Assembly (NCBI GenBank): GCA_002104905.1
Contig: MCFE01000123.1
Span: 97,574-161,573 of the forward strand
Origin: Basidiobolus meristosporus CBS 931.73
Taxonomy: Eukaryota; Fungi; Basidiobolomycota
Reading direction: 5' to 3'
DNA: 64,000 nt
Both the position numbers and the translations under genes were made by a program. Numbering within the stretch: position 1 is the first letter of the stretch; each line of letters opens with the position of its first letter. Below the pieces are notes generated by a model. That model made no database searches. It was not told the origin of the DNA and saw only the letters and a list, made by a program, of their open reading frames with translations. Positions 39,867 through 52,745 of this stretch are shown piece after piece.

Positions 39867-40640
39867 ATGAGTTTGGTGCGACCGTCCAATAAATATATAA
39901 AGATTGGAGTTGTGCTCAATACGGTTCATATTCTCACCATCCACTCCAACCCGACCACAGCTTTTATGTACACCACCACGCCAAGAGGTTTAGAGGATTT
40001 AGTCGCGCAATACCCACCCAACCCAACACCCTACTCTAACTGGGTGATACCCGAAAAAGTGATATGCGGGGCCTACCCTATGGTGAGAGATAAAGAGAAG
40101 TGCGTGGATTACCTACGGTCCTTGTTGTCAGCTGGCGTGACGACATTTGTGTGTTTGCAAGAGGAGAGTGAGCTGAGCATGCTTCCAGAATACAAAAATT
40201 CACTGCAGTGTATACACAGAGAGCTGGCAGATCATGAGTCTTCGTCGCTTCAGTTTATCCATTTCCCAATACGAGACGGATCCATTCTTCATGATGTTTT
40301 ACTTGGCTCGTTGGTGAACGTGCTAGAGCAAAGAGTCTTCAAGAATAACGAGGTTTTATATATTCATTGCTGGGGCGGTCATGGCAGAACCGGAACGCTA
40401 GTCGCGTGCTTACTCTCCAAGTACTATGGGCTGAATGCCGACCTAGCGTTGGAGCTGACGCAACGGCTACACGACACTCGGCACGATGGGGTGATTGCCA
40501 AGTCACCCGAGACCAGAGTACAAGTGAATCAAGTGCGAAGGATCATAGGCAAATACTCAGTAAAGAGCCCGTATACTGCTTCTACCGCCCTCACCCCAGT
40601 GATGACACCAACGAACTCGGTCAGTGCGATCCCGGGATAA
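39867..40640 (+). CDS. Cys-based dual-specificity/tyrosine phosphatase-like protein (start uncertain)
   Basis: HCWGGHGRTG CX5R loop, FIHFPIRD acid loop, SPETRVQ. Confidence 0.85.
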   Translation: MSLVRPSNKYIKIGVVLNTVHILTIHSNPTTAFMYTTTPRGLEDLVAQYPPNPTPYSNWVIPEKVICGAYPMVRDKEKCVDYLRSLLSAGVTTFVCLQEESELSMLPEYKNSLQCIHRELADHESSSLQFIHFPIRDGSILHDVLLGSLVNVLEQRVFKNNEVLYIHCWGGHGRTGTLVACLLSKYYGLNADLALELTQRLHDTRHDGVIAKSPETRVQVNQVRRIIGKYSVKSPYTASTALTPVMTPTNSVSAIPG

Positions 40641-40669
40641 ATGTATAAAACGTACAAACGTACCCTTCC

Positions 40670-42485
40670 TCAACCGCCCGTAAATCCGTCAATGAACCCC
40701 GAAAATTGTAGATGACCTGTAAAAATATAGACTCTAATAAATCCACTCTCTTCGATGGAAGGTTGTACTTTTATGTCCAAGGTGGCTTGGGAAACGTGCT
40801 CGACGTTCCTGGTGGATTTCAATTGGCGGTGAATGACTTCAGGCCAATTAGGTTCAGGCCAAGCCTCTAATATTTCTAGAAACAAATTCAAGCCACAGTC
40901 GATAACTGGTGAGGCAGGAGTACCCGCAAGTGGATGGGAAGATCTTTCTTTATTGTGTATGTTGAGTATGCTCTATTACAGGGGATGAACTGATGGCTAT
41001 ACCAGGCGTCTAAATGGTCACAAAACACACGTTGTTTCCGTATATATCGACCCGCTCTGTAGCCCTTCCTTTGCCATCTCCATATCCCATTCTGTGAGCG
41101 GCCTTACGCGACCTCCTCTAGCTACGTGGTTGAACCATATCTTGGGGTGTTCACTGCGTAGTTTGATGTGCGGACAATTCAGTTCCTCTAGATGCACCCA
41201 ACAAGCCCCATTGGTTTCATAATCCGGCAGCGACTTCGGCATCTGATCCTCATGTATGGGCTGCAAGATAGTCACTGTTAGTTTGAGCGTAGCACACAGC
41301 CTAAATAGTTAAACAAGGTACCTTGGCCAGAAATACCCACAACCGGTTCTCATACTTCAAATAATCCTCCCCGTTCTTGTCGCCAGACTCGCGTTCGTAG
41401 TGCAGGAGCCCTTGAAGTTCTATATCTATTCCAGACTCCTCCTTTGTTTCCCGTACAGCCGCTTCCATTGGTGTCTCCTCCGGGTCGATTTCTCCCCCTG
41501 GGAACCAGTACCCGGCACTACCACGCTCCTCGATCTGAATGTCATCAAATTCAGTCCATGAGTCTCATGCATGCTCTACATCATTTTTACGAACCATTAG
41601 GAATTTGCCGTCACTTGGACGACGTACAACCACCACAGCAAACCTACAATCCGGTCGAGGCTTTCGTTTCCTAATGCCGAGCTCTTCCGCCACTAAGCTT
41701 TGGGAGGGCCATATCTCATTCGGCAGATGCTCTTCCTGTAAGTGAATAGGAAACCATCTAGGGTTTTGCTTAGAGGGTCTTGAGCATTTAGTAGGGATCT
41801 CCAGGCATCGAGGGCATTCGTGGATGGGTACGTTGGATGCCGAGCTATGGTAAAGAGGGAGGTGCGTCCTCAGTGATGGCTGTCTAGTAGACGTAAATGA
41901 TGTGAAATTGGCCGGACATAGCGGGCATTCGTAGGTCCTGCGCAGTGGTGATACATTGGTGTGAAAATCCGGTTTGACAATTGGGTCAAAAGCAGTCGAG
42001 AGTGCTTGCTGAACACTCTCCTTGCTGCGTGTCACCATGTTGGCACCCATTTCGATGTAATTCGACCGTAATAGCACTTTTTCACTAGCAAGTTCATTCC
42101 ACACTAATATGAAGGTTCGGTTAAACATCTTCTTGCTGAGACCTGGCTCGGAAGGCTCGGGGAGTGCGCGAAGAGCCTGCACCAGTGGAAGTGCCACCTC
42201 CGTATGAATTTTCAGGTCATTAATCCCAGGAAAGAGCAAGAAAGCTAGCGCAGGCGGGGTATTGGCACAGGCGTAACGCTTCGGGTCGAAGGAACTTGCG
42301 TTAAAGTATACAGTTTCTAAATTGAGAAAGTCCAGCATCGGTGTTAAAAAGGATTCAACCTTGCTGTTCTCTAACAACTGTTTATCCGTGTGACTGAAAA
42401 TCAAGGCTTTCTCATGAAAACATCTGGCCATTCCAAGAAGCCTCGGGAGTCTGGGGAGAAAACGAATGCCGGATATCGCTAACAT
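40670..42485 (-). CDS. Nudix hydrolase with N-terminal Cys/His-rich region (multi-exon; approximate)
   Basis: Exon near 41400-41520 reads GGEIDPEETPMEAAVRETKEESG (Nudix box); upstream CPLC...H...H and CPRC...H...H. Confidence 0.75.
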
Positions 42486-42985
42486 TTCCTCTAACTAAAG
42501 TGGTTCATGGACCAAGTAAGCGAATTGAGTGCTGTACGGCAGAGAAGTATTTAATAAAAACACACGCAGGTCTGGATCAAGTTCGAATAATTCACCGGAA
42601 TTGGTGTTGATTGGTTGGGAAGCGAGGTATTTAGAGGGATGTCTTGTTGAGCAAGAAGGCTACCAATGGGTCTTTGCAGCAGGTCGATCAACGATCAGAG
42701 TCTATGACTGTGCAATGCGAGACAATGTACATCAAAATCCAGAGTTGACAGTCTGTCATCATACGAAACCACGCACCTGGTTCTAACAATGATCTGTGTG
42801 CTGATCTGTGGGATATCCTGAAATGCCAATCAATTGTTCTGGATATTAGGGATCAAGAACTATGGCGCTCACGAAACTTCATACAAGCAGGTCCGTGACT
42901 TCGTAAAAATCCTTTTTTTCGATTTTTTTTTCGTAATGAGATTCCCATTACCACAGAATGGTTAGAGGAATTCCCTGTCCCGACA

Positions 42986-44863
42986 ATGTGCAGTTTACAA
43001 GACGACATTGATATAGAGAGTAGGTCCAGCCAACTTTTTCGAGCGTATATGCACCTTTCCTAATCTTTCCAATTCGCTCACCATAGAGAAGAGCAAGCCT
43101 CAGCTCAAAACGTGCGTTAAATGTAAAGTTGCCAACGCCGAATATCTAATTCGACATGCGCAATATTGCAAGTAGGTTTTTTGTGAAGCTCTTCCTCGCT
43201 TCAGAACATCGTCAGAACTGACCAATTGCACCAGACAATGCTTCACACATACTTTTGTCGGAAAATTCCGTATCATCGTTTCGAAATCCAAATTTGTCGT
43301 TGGAAGAAAAGAATGCAAGCCAAACGTACTGTTAGCTTTTTCAGGAGGACCCTCCTCAAGGTACTGATGACTGCAAATCTTTCACAGCCTCCTCTGGAGC
43401 ATTAATTTCTGATTCACCTACAATAGAGCGCTTATTCATATGATGAAGGATTTCCACATTGGCGATAATCCAGAAATCAAGAAAAAAACCATTCTGGGTA
43501 ATGTTAAGATTTGTCATGTCGACGAAAGTGTCGTATGTGGTCCAGAGGTAGGTCCCAACTTCACTTCCGCTTCTAGACACATACTCATGTCTCGTTTAGG
43601 AAGGAACTCTCAAACAGGTCCAGGATATCACATCACAGTACACTTTCCCGTTCGTAGGTGCTTCGTTGGAAGATGTCTTCTCCTCAGAATATACTGAGTC
43701 AGGAGATTTCGAGCAAGTTCTTCGCACCGCAACACTGTCTCGAGATGCTAGCGCCAAGAATCATGACCGTAGGTTCCTTGTTATAATAAGAAAGCTTAGG
43801 AAAAGCTAATAACACCAATCCCGAGCTAGAATTGAAAGCTGTCCTCGAAGACTCTTCCTTAACGAATAGAGAAAAAATTCATGCTCTGTTAAGTGGTGTG
43901 ACCAAAACCACCGCCAAGGAAGATTTGATTGCATATTTGAAAAACAGACTCTTGTTACGCATCGCACAAAGAGAAAAGTATGCTTACTGCAATCCAACAA
44001 CAGCACTCGAAACGATTATTAACTCCACACGCCTAGTTGCTCCATTATACTGCTAGGGGACTCTGCCACTCGGATCGCCATCAAATGTATCGCATACACC
44101 AGCAAAGGTCGTGGATTTAGCTTGCCGTACGATGTAGCCACCGAGATTGAAGCAGAGAATGGAATTGGGTACCTCAGACCACTGCGGGACTGCCTCACCA
44201 AGGAGATTGGAATCTACAACCACTTGAACAAGCTGGAGACGGTGTTTGTTCCAACTCTTACCACTGGTGCACCGATTAAAGCTAGTATTGACAGACTCAC
44301 TGAAGGTAATACATTCATTCACTCCCAAATCAAGAGCTACCAAAGCTAACTTTTGCTTAGATTTCATCACGGGCTTGGATAGAGATTTTCCTTCCACTGT
44401 AAGCACAGTGGTTAGAACTGCTAGTAAACTGGTGCCTACAGAATCTTCAGAAAAGAACGAGAGATGCGCGATTTGTTTACGGTAAGAATTAATTAATAGA
44501 TTTCGAGATTAGATTGACCTAATTGCAACCCCTCCCGAGTAAAGCCCCATGCAAAATGGAGTGAGTGAATGGCGCGAAAGAATTACCGTAATGGAGATGC
44601 CTCACCAAGAAAACAATACTGCCACCAAATCCGAAACCAACACTTCGTGTGGGTCAGGCGAGTGCTGTGGGGAAACATGTGGAGCACCCAAAGAAACCGG
44701 GATTGACCTGCTACCATCATTATGCTATGGATGCCAAATAAGTGCGCGCGATATGAACTCCACTATTTTACCACCGTTTATGGCCGAACGTGCTATCCAA
44801 GCTCATAATTGTGAATCGTTGAGAGAGCAGATATCAGAATTCTTGATTGATGATTCCGAGTAA
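42986..44863 (+). CDS. NCS2: Cytoplasmic tRNA 2-thiolation protein 2 (multi-exon; approximate)
   Basis: CVKCK, VLLAFSGGPSS, GDSATRIAIK...GRGFSLP, RPLRDCLTKEI, FPSTVSTVVRTASKL, LCYGC. Confidence 0.85.
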
Positions 44864-45483
44864 ATTATACTCAACAACTGACAAACCAATAAAGATACAC
44901 CTAGTATAATACTCAACGCATGCTGTACAAATGCTCTGCGAATGCTGCCATATTTGAATTTCGTGGGACATCGAATTTTTTCCCAAGCCAGAGTTTCAGA
45001 TAGCGTAGGACAAGCCCCAGAAATGGTTGAAGATTGGTGATGGTCAACCTACCAGAGCTTGGCCAACATATTCAAGGAAATATGCAATATGATTAAGAGG
45101 CTGGTTTAGCTCCTGCTGCCTAGTCCTTCAGTATGATTAATTAAGCATGAATGGAATAACCATGTTCAAGGAGATCTCCAATATGGTTATATATCCGCTT
45201 CTAGTAAGTTCTTAGAACCATTGAATGCTTCCAGATTCAGCTGTCAACAGAGCTGTGATTGAACACGCCCGCATTGAATGCGTGGATTGTCGAGTGCTAT
45301 ATTTGTGCCATACCCATCCCTGGGATTAAAATCCAGTGGCTTCTTTATATGGATTAAGCCTCTGACGCATACAACTCATTGATTGAATGGAAAGTACAGG
45401 CCAAATTTTGTGAATCCTCAATTCAATAAATAGATGCATTCGACGTTTTCATTTCATCTCATTTCAGAAAAACTTCGGTGATC

Positions 45484-46371
45484 ATGTCTCGCTCTGCTTT
45501 ACTCCAAACTGCCTCAGCTCAAAAGAGTTCTCCCCTTTATGCTCGTTTGGGACTCGCTACTTTGGATTTGACTTCGCTCAACGATAACGATACTGACGCA
45601 GTTATCACCGACCTGTGCCAACGCGCTTTGTCTTCCCCAGAACCAGTTGCTGCTCTCTGTGTGTACGCTCAATTCACTGAACTCGCCCGTAGAATATTGA
45701 AGGAAAACAATTATGACGCCGGTATTGCTACTGTGGTAAACTTCCCCTATGGAACCAACTCCGTCGAGCAGGTTGTTGCCGAGACCAAAGCTTGCCTTGA
45801 CAATGTTGATGAAGTAGACCTTGTCTGGCCTTTCGAGAAGTATATTCAAGGAGATAAAGAGGCTGCTTGCAATATGATCTCAGAAGTCAAGAAGACCATC
45901 GTCGACTACAATAGGACACTTTCCTCTGGACGTAAACCAGTTCTTCTAAAGGTGATTCTCGAGACTTCCGCTTTCCCTGCTGAATTAGTTTATGATGCCT
46001 GTATCGATGCTATCCATGCTGGCGCGGACTTCCTTAAAACTTCAACTGGCAAGCATTCCGCTGGCGGAGCTACTCTCGAAGTTGCCTATGATATGTTGCG
46101 TGCCATTAAAGACACTAAAGAGAAAGAAGGTCAAGATATTAGGCTGAAGATCTCCGGTGGAGTCAAGACCGTTGAACAAGCAGGATCTTATATCTGGCTT
46201 GCCGAGAAGATGATGACCGGTACTGACGAAGCATTGGTTGATGGAAAAGAAGATCAACGCTGGGTAAACGCAAAGAATTTCCGTATCGGAGCGAGTGGAG
46301 TGTTCAGTAAATTGGTCAATGTCCTTGCGCCTGGAAAGGAGGCATCGTCTGAAGTAGAGAGTGGCTACTAA
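45484..46371 (+). CDS. deoC: Deoxyribose-phosphate aldolase, type-2 (E. coli-like), intronless
   Basis: LDLTSLNDNDT, ATVVNFPYG, LKVILET, ADFLKTSTGK, KISGGVKT, FRIGASG. Confidence 0.92.
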   Translation: MSRSALLQTASAQKSSPLYARLGLATLDLTSLNDNDTDAVITDLCQRALSSPEPVAALCVYAQFTELARRILKENNYDAGIATVVNFPYGTNSVEQVVAETKACLDNVDEVDLVWPFEKYIQGDKEAACNMISEVKKTIVDYNRTLSSGRKPVLLKVILETSAFPAELVYDACIDAIHAGADFLKTSTGKHSAGGATLEVAYDMLRAIKDTKEKEGQDIRLKISGGVKTVEQAGSYIWLAEKMMTGTDEALVDGKEDQRWVNAKNFRIGASGVFSKLVNVLAPGKEASSEVESGY

Positions 46372-46537
46372 GTAGTTGTCAATATAGATGTATGCAGTCA
46401 ATAATCCATTATATTAATAAAGTAAACAACTTCGATGCATTCAATTTAATGTCTCAATACATACAGCTAGGGAATCATACATATATATAGAGTAGATAGG
46501 TTATTTGAAGAGAACGTGGGGGACACAAACTATACAA

Positions 46538-48528
46538 TCACATCAGATACTTGATCTTTACACCGTCTTTTGTTTGTCCATCTCGTTCAATAATTCTATT
46601 CAGCCGACCAAGGTCCCATCGCAAAAAAATCGTGACAAGAATGCCCAACCCACTCAGCCCTACGTTAACCATATTGCTGCCAACATATCTCGGTGCATCG
46701 GAGGGCCAACCTTGATACAAAAGATATGTTACAAATATCACTCCAAGTTGGGCCTAGGAATTGGTAACGTATGAGTAAAGTCCAGGAAACCTGTCAAGTG
46801 GTGAAGGAAACCTACCATGGTCGAGGCTATTCCCGTAGTTGCTGCTACGGCCTTTTCCCCATTTGCCGAACTGGTAGTCCAACCCATCGCCTAGATTGTG
46901 TGAGCTATTATCTCGTAACCAGCTTTAACGTAGTGTTTACTTACAATAGGGACTAACGGCCCTTGTCCAAGTGCAGCTACTAGCACACCGAAGTAGCGAA
47001 CACCAAGAGGGCCGGCGAAGGACAAGATGCAGAACCCAATTCCCGTGATGGCAAAAAATACGCACATCGGAAGAGAGCGGCTGTTAAACCTATCTGCAAG
47101 GCGAGGGAAGATGATGGCAGTAGTCATCATGCATATCCCGTACGGAATAATCATAAGGGAAACCTGGATTGAGCTGAATTTCCCACCTCCGAGTTGTGCA
47201 ATAATCGTCTGTAGAAGTGGATCAGAAAATACTAGCATAGTTACGCCATTGAATGTGATTGCTTACGGGAACGTAGTACTGAAGTGAGGTCGAGATGAGG
47301 ACAGGGCACATATACAGTACACCAAAGATGTAAACTAAAAAAGATGGTATGAGAAGAGCTTCGTTATAAGGTTCATTCAATCTTCAGTGTACCGCGGTAG
47401 TTCTTCATCTGCTTCAAAACCTCCTTAAAGCCGACATGGGCAGGCCCTTGGACCTCAGATTTCATTCTCGTCATGGCCAATTCCTTCTCCTTTTCAGATA
47501 AGAATCGGCAACTTTCGGGATTATCAGGGAGCATGAAGTAGACAACGATTCCAACGATCACTGTCAAGGTGCCGTTGATAATTAATAGCCTATACGATGA
47601 ATGCTTATAAGAATTTGGTCAAAGAGATGCTTGGGTGACAGATAATTACCACTTCCAACCATAGATGCCGTTGATTCCATCCATAAGTTGAACGCCTGCT
47701 GAGATAAAATTTCTTGAAAATATGTCAAGTCTGCACTTCTACAAAAACTCCCGCGCTATAGACCAACCCTATAATGCCCGAGGCGCTGGAGGCAAAGTAA
47801 TACGTTCCCACTCGTCCGCCGATTTCTTTCTTGCGGTAAAATTTCGTCAAGTAAAGCGCCATACCAGGCCACAGCTGCGAATTGCGAGTTAGTGAGGGCA
47901 GTCATATGTATGTATGTATCCGTTCCGTATAAGAAGTAAATACCCCGGCTTCTGCCACACCCAACAAAAATCGCAAGGCAAAGAAGGATGCTGCATTACT
48001 AATAAGTGCCATCAAACCAGCAACTGCACCCCAAGTTATGCAGATTCTGGCTAACCATTTCGAAGGAGATACTTTTGTCATGATCAGGTTCGAGGGGATC
48101 TCGAATACTGTATAGCCAATCTAGTTTCGTATTAGTGGTTTGTCATCTGCTCACTAAGTACTAATCCACTTACATAGAAAATAGCAACGCCTAGCGCTGA
48201 TTGCTGCGCTGTGAGGCCAGCCGTAGAGAGAAGATCATGCCCCTGCTCCTTGTTCATTGTCAGGGCCACACCGACGTTCGATCGGTCTGCACTACTGAAA
48301 TAGTACATCAGCCACAATAATGGTATGATACGCATGTCCAATTTGCTGATGACCAAAAGGGGAGTTAGCAAGGTCGATGATGCAGGTATGATCTCCTTCG
48401 AAATACCGAGTTAGCTTAGCTTCCTCCACAGGATCCAAGTCCGGATACTTCTCGATATCTGAGGAAATGGCTATTTCCTCGATTTCCACTTTCAACTTTT
48501 CAGGCTCTCTATTCTCTACGGTTGCCAT
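46538..48528 (-). CDS. MFS transporter, allantoate/nicotinate permease (anion:cation symporter) family, multi-exon
   Basis: KLDMRIIPLLWLMYYFSSADRSNVG, FMLPDNPESCRFLSEKEK, RLADRFNSRSL motifs. Confidence 0.88.
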
Positions 48529-51102
48529 GCTAGGGAAGAATACAATCACTGGTGATTGAAGAAGCAGGCTTATATACATCTCAGTAGGAGGCTGTGGGGA
48601 ATATCTTTCAGAAACCAACGTCTGTGGATTCTAAACGAGAAACCTCCCACATATGTTTCTGATTTGGACTCACCTGAAGCAATTCATGCTTAATTGGCTT
48701 TAGGTATTCAGAACCAGATAGTCTTGCTGATGCGTAGTTATGGCCACAAAAGTACGGGGAACTGCACTGGCAAAATATTTAGTCCGGAGGATTTCAAGCT
48801 TATCAGGCATTTAAGGTTTGTCATGATAATTCCTTGCCATATCAGACTGATTCCCTTTTGGAAATCGTGCGAAGTGATACAAAAGATCGTTGTGATGAGG
48901 TAACGCTACCAGCGAGGATTAATGTTGATCCTTAGGTGGTTTGATGGCGAGATCTAACCAAAACATTACCTGTTGATTCTTAGGGGTATCAAGGATACAG
49001 TGTGGGAGGTCAGGCGTTCATTCATGACCACACTGTACCAGGTAAGGGATACATGTAATAGTCATTCATTTGCAGCTAAAGGATCAAGTTGGTCATTACA
49101 GCTCAAAATACCGTTCCCAACAGGTCCACATGATTAGGAATTGGTTATTCATTCCCACAGATACACCAATCATCCTTTTGAAGACAACATTGTTAGGCAG
49201 TAGTTCATAATAAGTGAGAATACTCAGTGCCACGGTGGCAGATACCTTTCCAGTTTATTCAACTATCTGCCTTAGATAGCATAGTTGGCACACTATGTCT
49301 TGGCCGTTTCATTATCTCTACAGGAATGCTCCAAGTTCGTCAATATACACAATTGAAGTGTTATCTCACTACCTACATGCTATTGGCCGCTGAGATTCGA
49401 GAGGTGACTAGGATATATAGACGCAATCAACCAAAAACGAACTCATTCGCGCTATGCTATCAAGATTGGCATGGATGATGGTGGAGTACAGGCGGTGGCT
49501 TGACTTTAAAGTATAACAACGTAGCATCTTCTCTTCAGAACTTTATTAACTTCTGTTTGACCTTACGCCAAAAGATATTCGCACCCGGTTAGATCCACTT
49601 GAAAGTGATATCAAACGCTGTTAAATGGCTGACTTAGTTAAGCATTTAAGGCTTATTAGGATAAGATATCACTTATTCTCGTCGGTAGATAATATTTGAT
49701 CAAGGTCAAATTGAATGATGCAGAAGAATAGCGCCAATTCTGTCAGCCCACTTTATGGTCATTTTACGACCATCATAACACCCCAGAAAATAACATAATG
49801 GAAATATGTTCTCCAACGTACATGGTTATCTATGGCCTCAGCCATTACCCGTAGGGTTTGCTTCATATTAATTGCATTCAAGCATAGGGTAATCGGCTAG
49901 CAATTAAATATCATACAATACTATTCCTTCTAGGTTACCCTCTTTTCCCTATATTGATGAAAAAGGTGCATGTAATTTGATGTCAGTTTATAATCACTTC
50001 TTACCAAAGCCCTACAAATAGTACTGTACTGAAAACATCAAGGGACACAATTGTAAAATGTGTGAGTATTGTATTTACTTGTCCCAATGTATTACTTCTC
50101 TGCAAATCTGTTGTCAAATTGCGTAGTAATCCAGTTTGTCTTCTTTAAAGTAAGTGCACAAGGAGAAGTACGTAGGTTGCATCTGGTTTTCTTTTGAATA
50201 GTGGTTTAGGCTATTTGGTGGTACTTGGGTATAAGTGTTGTAGCTGTGTGAGCCTGGGAGAGATATGGGGTGTTTAGAGGTAAATGTGGGTTTTACCATT
50301 GGATTTATTGAATCAAAGCATTTGTTACTCCTAACTATAAGAGCAGTCATAGGTGATATTTTCTATAAAGTAGGGAAAATATCCTTGTAAGGTTGGTACC
50401 GAAATGGCCCGGGCTAAGCATTGGTCTCAGCTGAATGTCTGCATTCAAGGAAATCACTCAACATGAGTTGGACCGCGATCTTCTGGATCCCTACCGTCAA
50501 GCTAGTGGCGAAGCGATGGCCAAATGCTTAGTATGGAAATATAGACTAAGCAGATATTCTACTTAGGCACAAGATAGTCTTGAACAACTGACAAATTATT
50601 TAACCCTGAACACATGTATCACGCTCTTAAATAGGTGGTTTCCCATCATATGTGATACGATGTTAACTCACTGAGAAGATCCTAGTTAACAGTACTAACA
50701 ACCAGCAGTGGTACATGTGGTCGGACAACCTTTCATTCCCTACTTCACTGTATCAGGGTAGATAGGGAGTGCAATGGAGTCGGTCACGTGCGGGACTTCC
50801 ACCTGTCAATGGAACGTTTGCTGTAGCATATTACAATGCGAAATATGCATCTCTATAAACTCTCACAGGAGGTACATGGAGACAGGTATGGAGAATGCGG
50901 GGGAATAAGGTTAAGTTCACCCAATAGACAGATTTCATATCCGTTTTAGGTTATCCATCAGGGTGTGCCTTGGCTTACCGAGACACCACCGGAGAGGAAA
51001 AGGGGCAGTGAGGGAGGGTGTGGGGTAACCCATATTTTACTCCAAAGTGAGTATAAATTGATCAAGACACTCACTTGACAGTATATCTCTTTCAACAACA
51101 AA

Positions 51103-52440
51103 ATGAAATTTTCCGCACCCAGAATCTTGTGCTTCCTCTCTGGTTTGGCTGCAATCAACGCCGCAGCTTTCGATAGAAGGCTACAGGCTAGAAACGGTAG
51201 GGCTTACGACGTGACTGATCTATTCGGCGGAGGTAATGGAGATGGAGGCAATGGAAATGGTGGTAACGCAGCTGGTGCATATAGCCCTGGGAACGACGGC
51301 AACGGTGGTAACGGCGCTGGTGCTTATGACTCTGGCAATGGTGGAAATGGAAACGGCGGTAACGGCAACGGAAGCAATGGAGGTGGCAATGGTGATGGAG
51401 GCAGTGGTAGCGGCGCTGGTGCTTACGGCTCTGGCAATGGTGGAAATGGAAACGGCGGGAATGGAGATGGGAATGGCAACGGAGGCAGTGGCAACGGTTC
51501 TGGCTCTTACGATTCTGGAAATGGTGGAAACGGAAACAGTAGTAACGGCGCTGGTGATGGTGGAAATAGTGGAAGTAACAACGGCGCGGGTGCTTATGAC
51601 TCAGGCAATGGTGGAAATGGAAACGGCGATAACGGCAACGGAGGCAATGAAGATGGCAATTGTAATGGAGGCAATGGAAGCGGTGGTAACGGTGCTGGTG
51701 CTTATGACCCAGGCAATGATGGAAACGGCAACGGAGGTAACGGAAATGGAGGCAATGGAGACGGTAATGGTAACGGCGATAATGGAAGCGGTGGTAACGG
51801 TGCCGGTGCTTATGACTCAGGCAATGGAGGAAATGGAAACGGCGGTAACGGTAACGGAGGCATGGAGACGGTAATGGTGATGGAGGCAATGGAAGGTGGT
51901 AACGGTGCCGGTGCTTATGACTCTGGTAATGATGGAAACGGAACGGTGGTAACGGAAATGGAGCAATGGAGATGGTAATGGTAACGGCGATAATGGAAGC
52001 AGTGGTAATGGTGCCAGTGCTTATGACTCGGTAATGGTGGAATGGAAACGGCGGTAACGGTAACGGAGGCAATGGAGACGGTAATGGTAATGGAGGCGAT
52101 GGAACGGTGCCGGTGCTTATGACTCTGGTAATGAGAAATGGAGGCAATGAAGATGGTAATGGTGACAGGCAATGGAAGCGGTGGTAACGGTGCCAGTACT
52201 TACGAATCTGGCAATGGTGGAAATGGAAACGGTGGTAACGGCAAGGGAAGCAATGAAGGTGGCAATGGTGATGGAGGCAGTGGTAACGGCGCTGGTGCTT
52301 ACGGCTCTGGTGATGGTGGAAATGGAAATGACGGTAATGGAAGCGGTGGCAATGGTAACGGAGGAAATGGTGGTAATGGCTCTGGAGACGGTAATAATGT
52401 TGGTAATGGTACCGGTAACGGTGACGGCAATTGTCAGTAA
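51103..52440 (+). CDS. Secreted Gly/Asn-rich tandem-repeat protein, reading frame shifts after ~51860
   Basis: Signal peptide, RR site, about a dozen GAGAYDSGNGGNGNGGNG-type units; the repeat continues in other frames to TAA at 52438-52440. Confidence 0.75.
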
Positions 52441-52745
52441 CACATATAGCTATAGTAGAATGATAATGTATTTAAAATCTATATTACCCATAAATAAAAT
52501 TGCTTAGATATTCGTAGTGCCATTCTGTTTGTTTGTATATTCAACAATGTTTAGCTATATGAATCTGTACTGCTTTTATTTATGAAGATTAAGGCAAGGG
52601 AGAAGGAAGGGATGTAACGATTGCGGATCCATTGAGCCAGGTAGACTATTCCTGTATGCTCCCTTGTGAGGGCCACTCAAAAGGAGGCGTTGAGTGAGTA
52701 GTGAAGAGTTAGTACAACCAGATGGGTATTTATTGACCGCCGATA

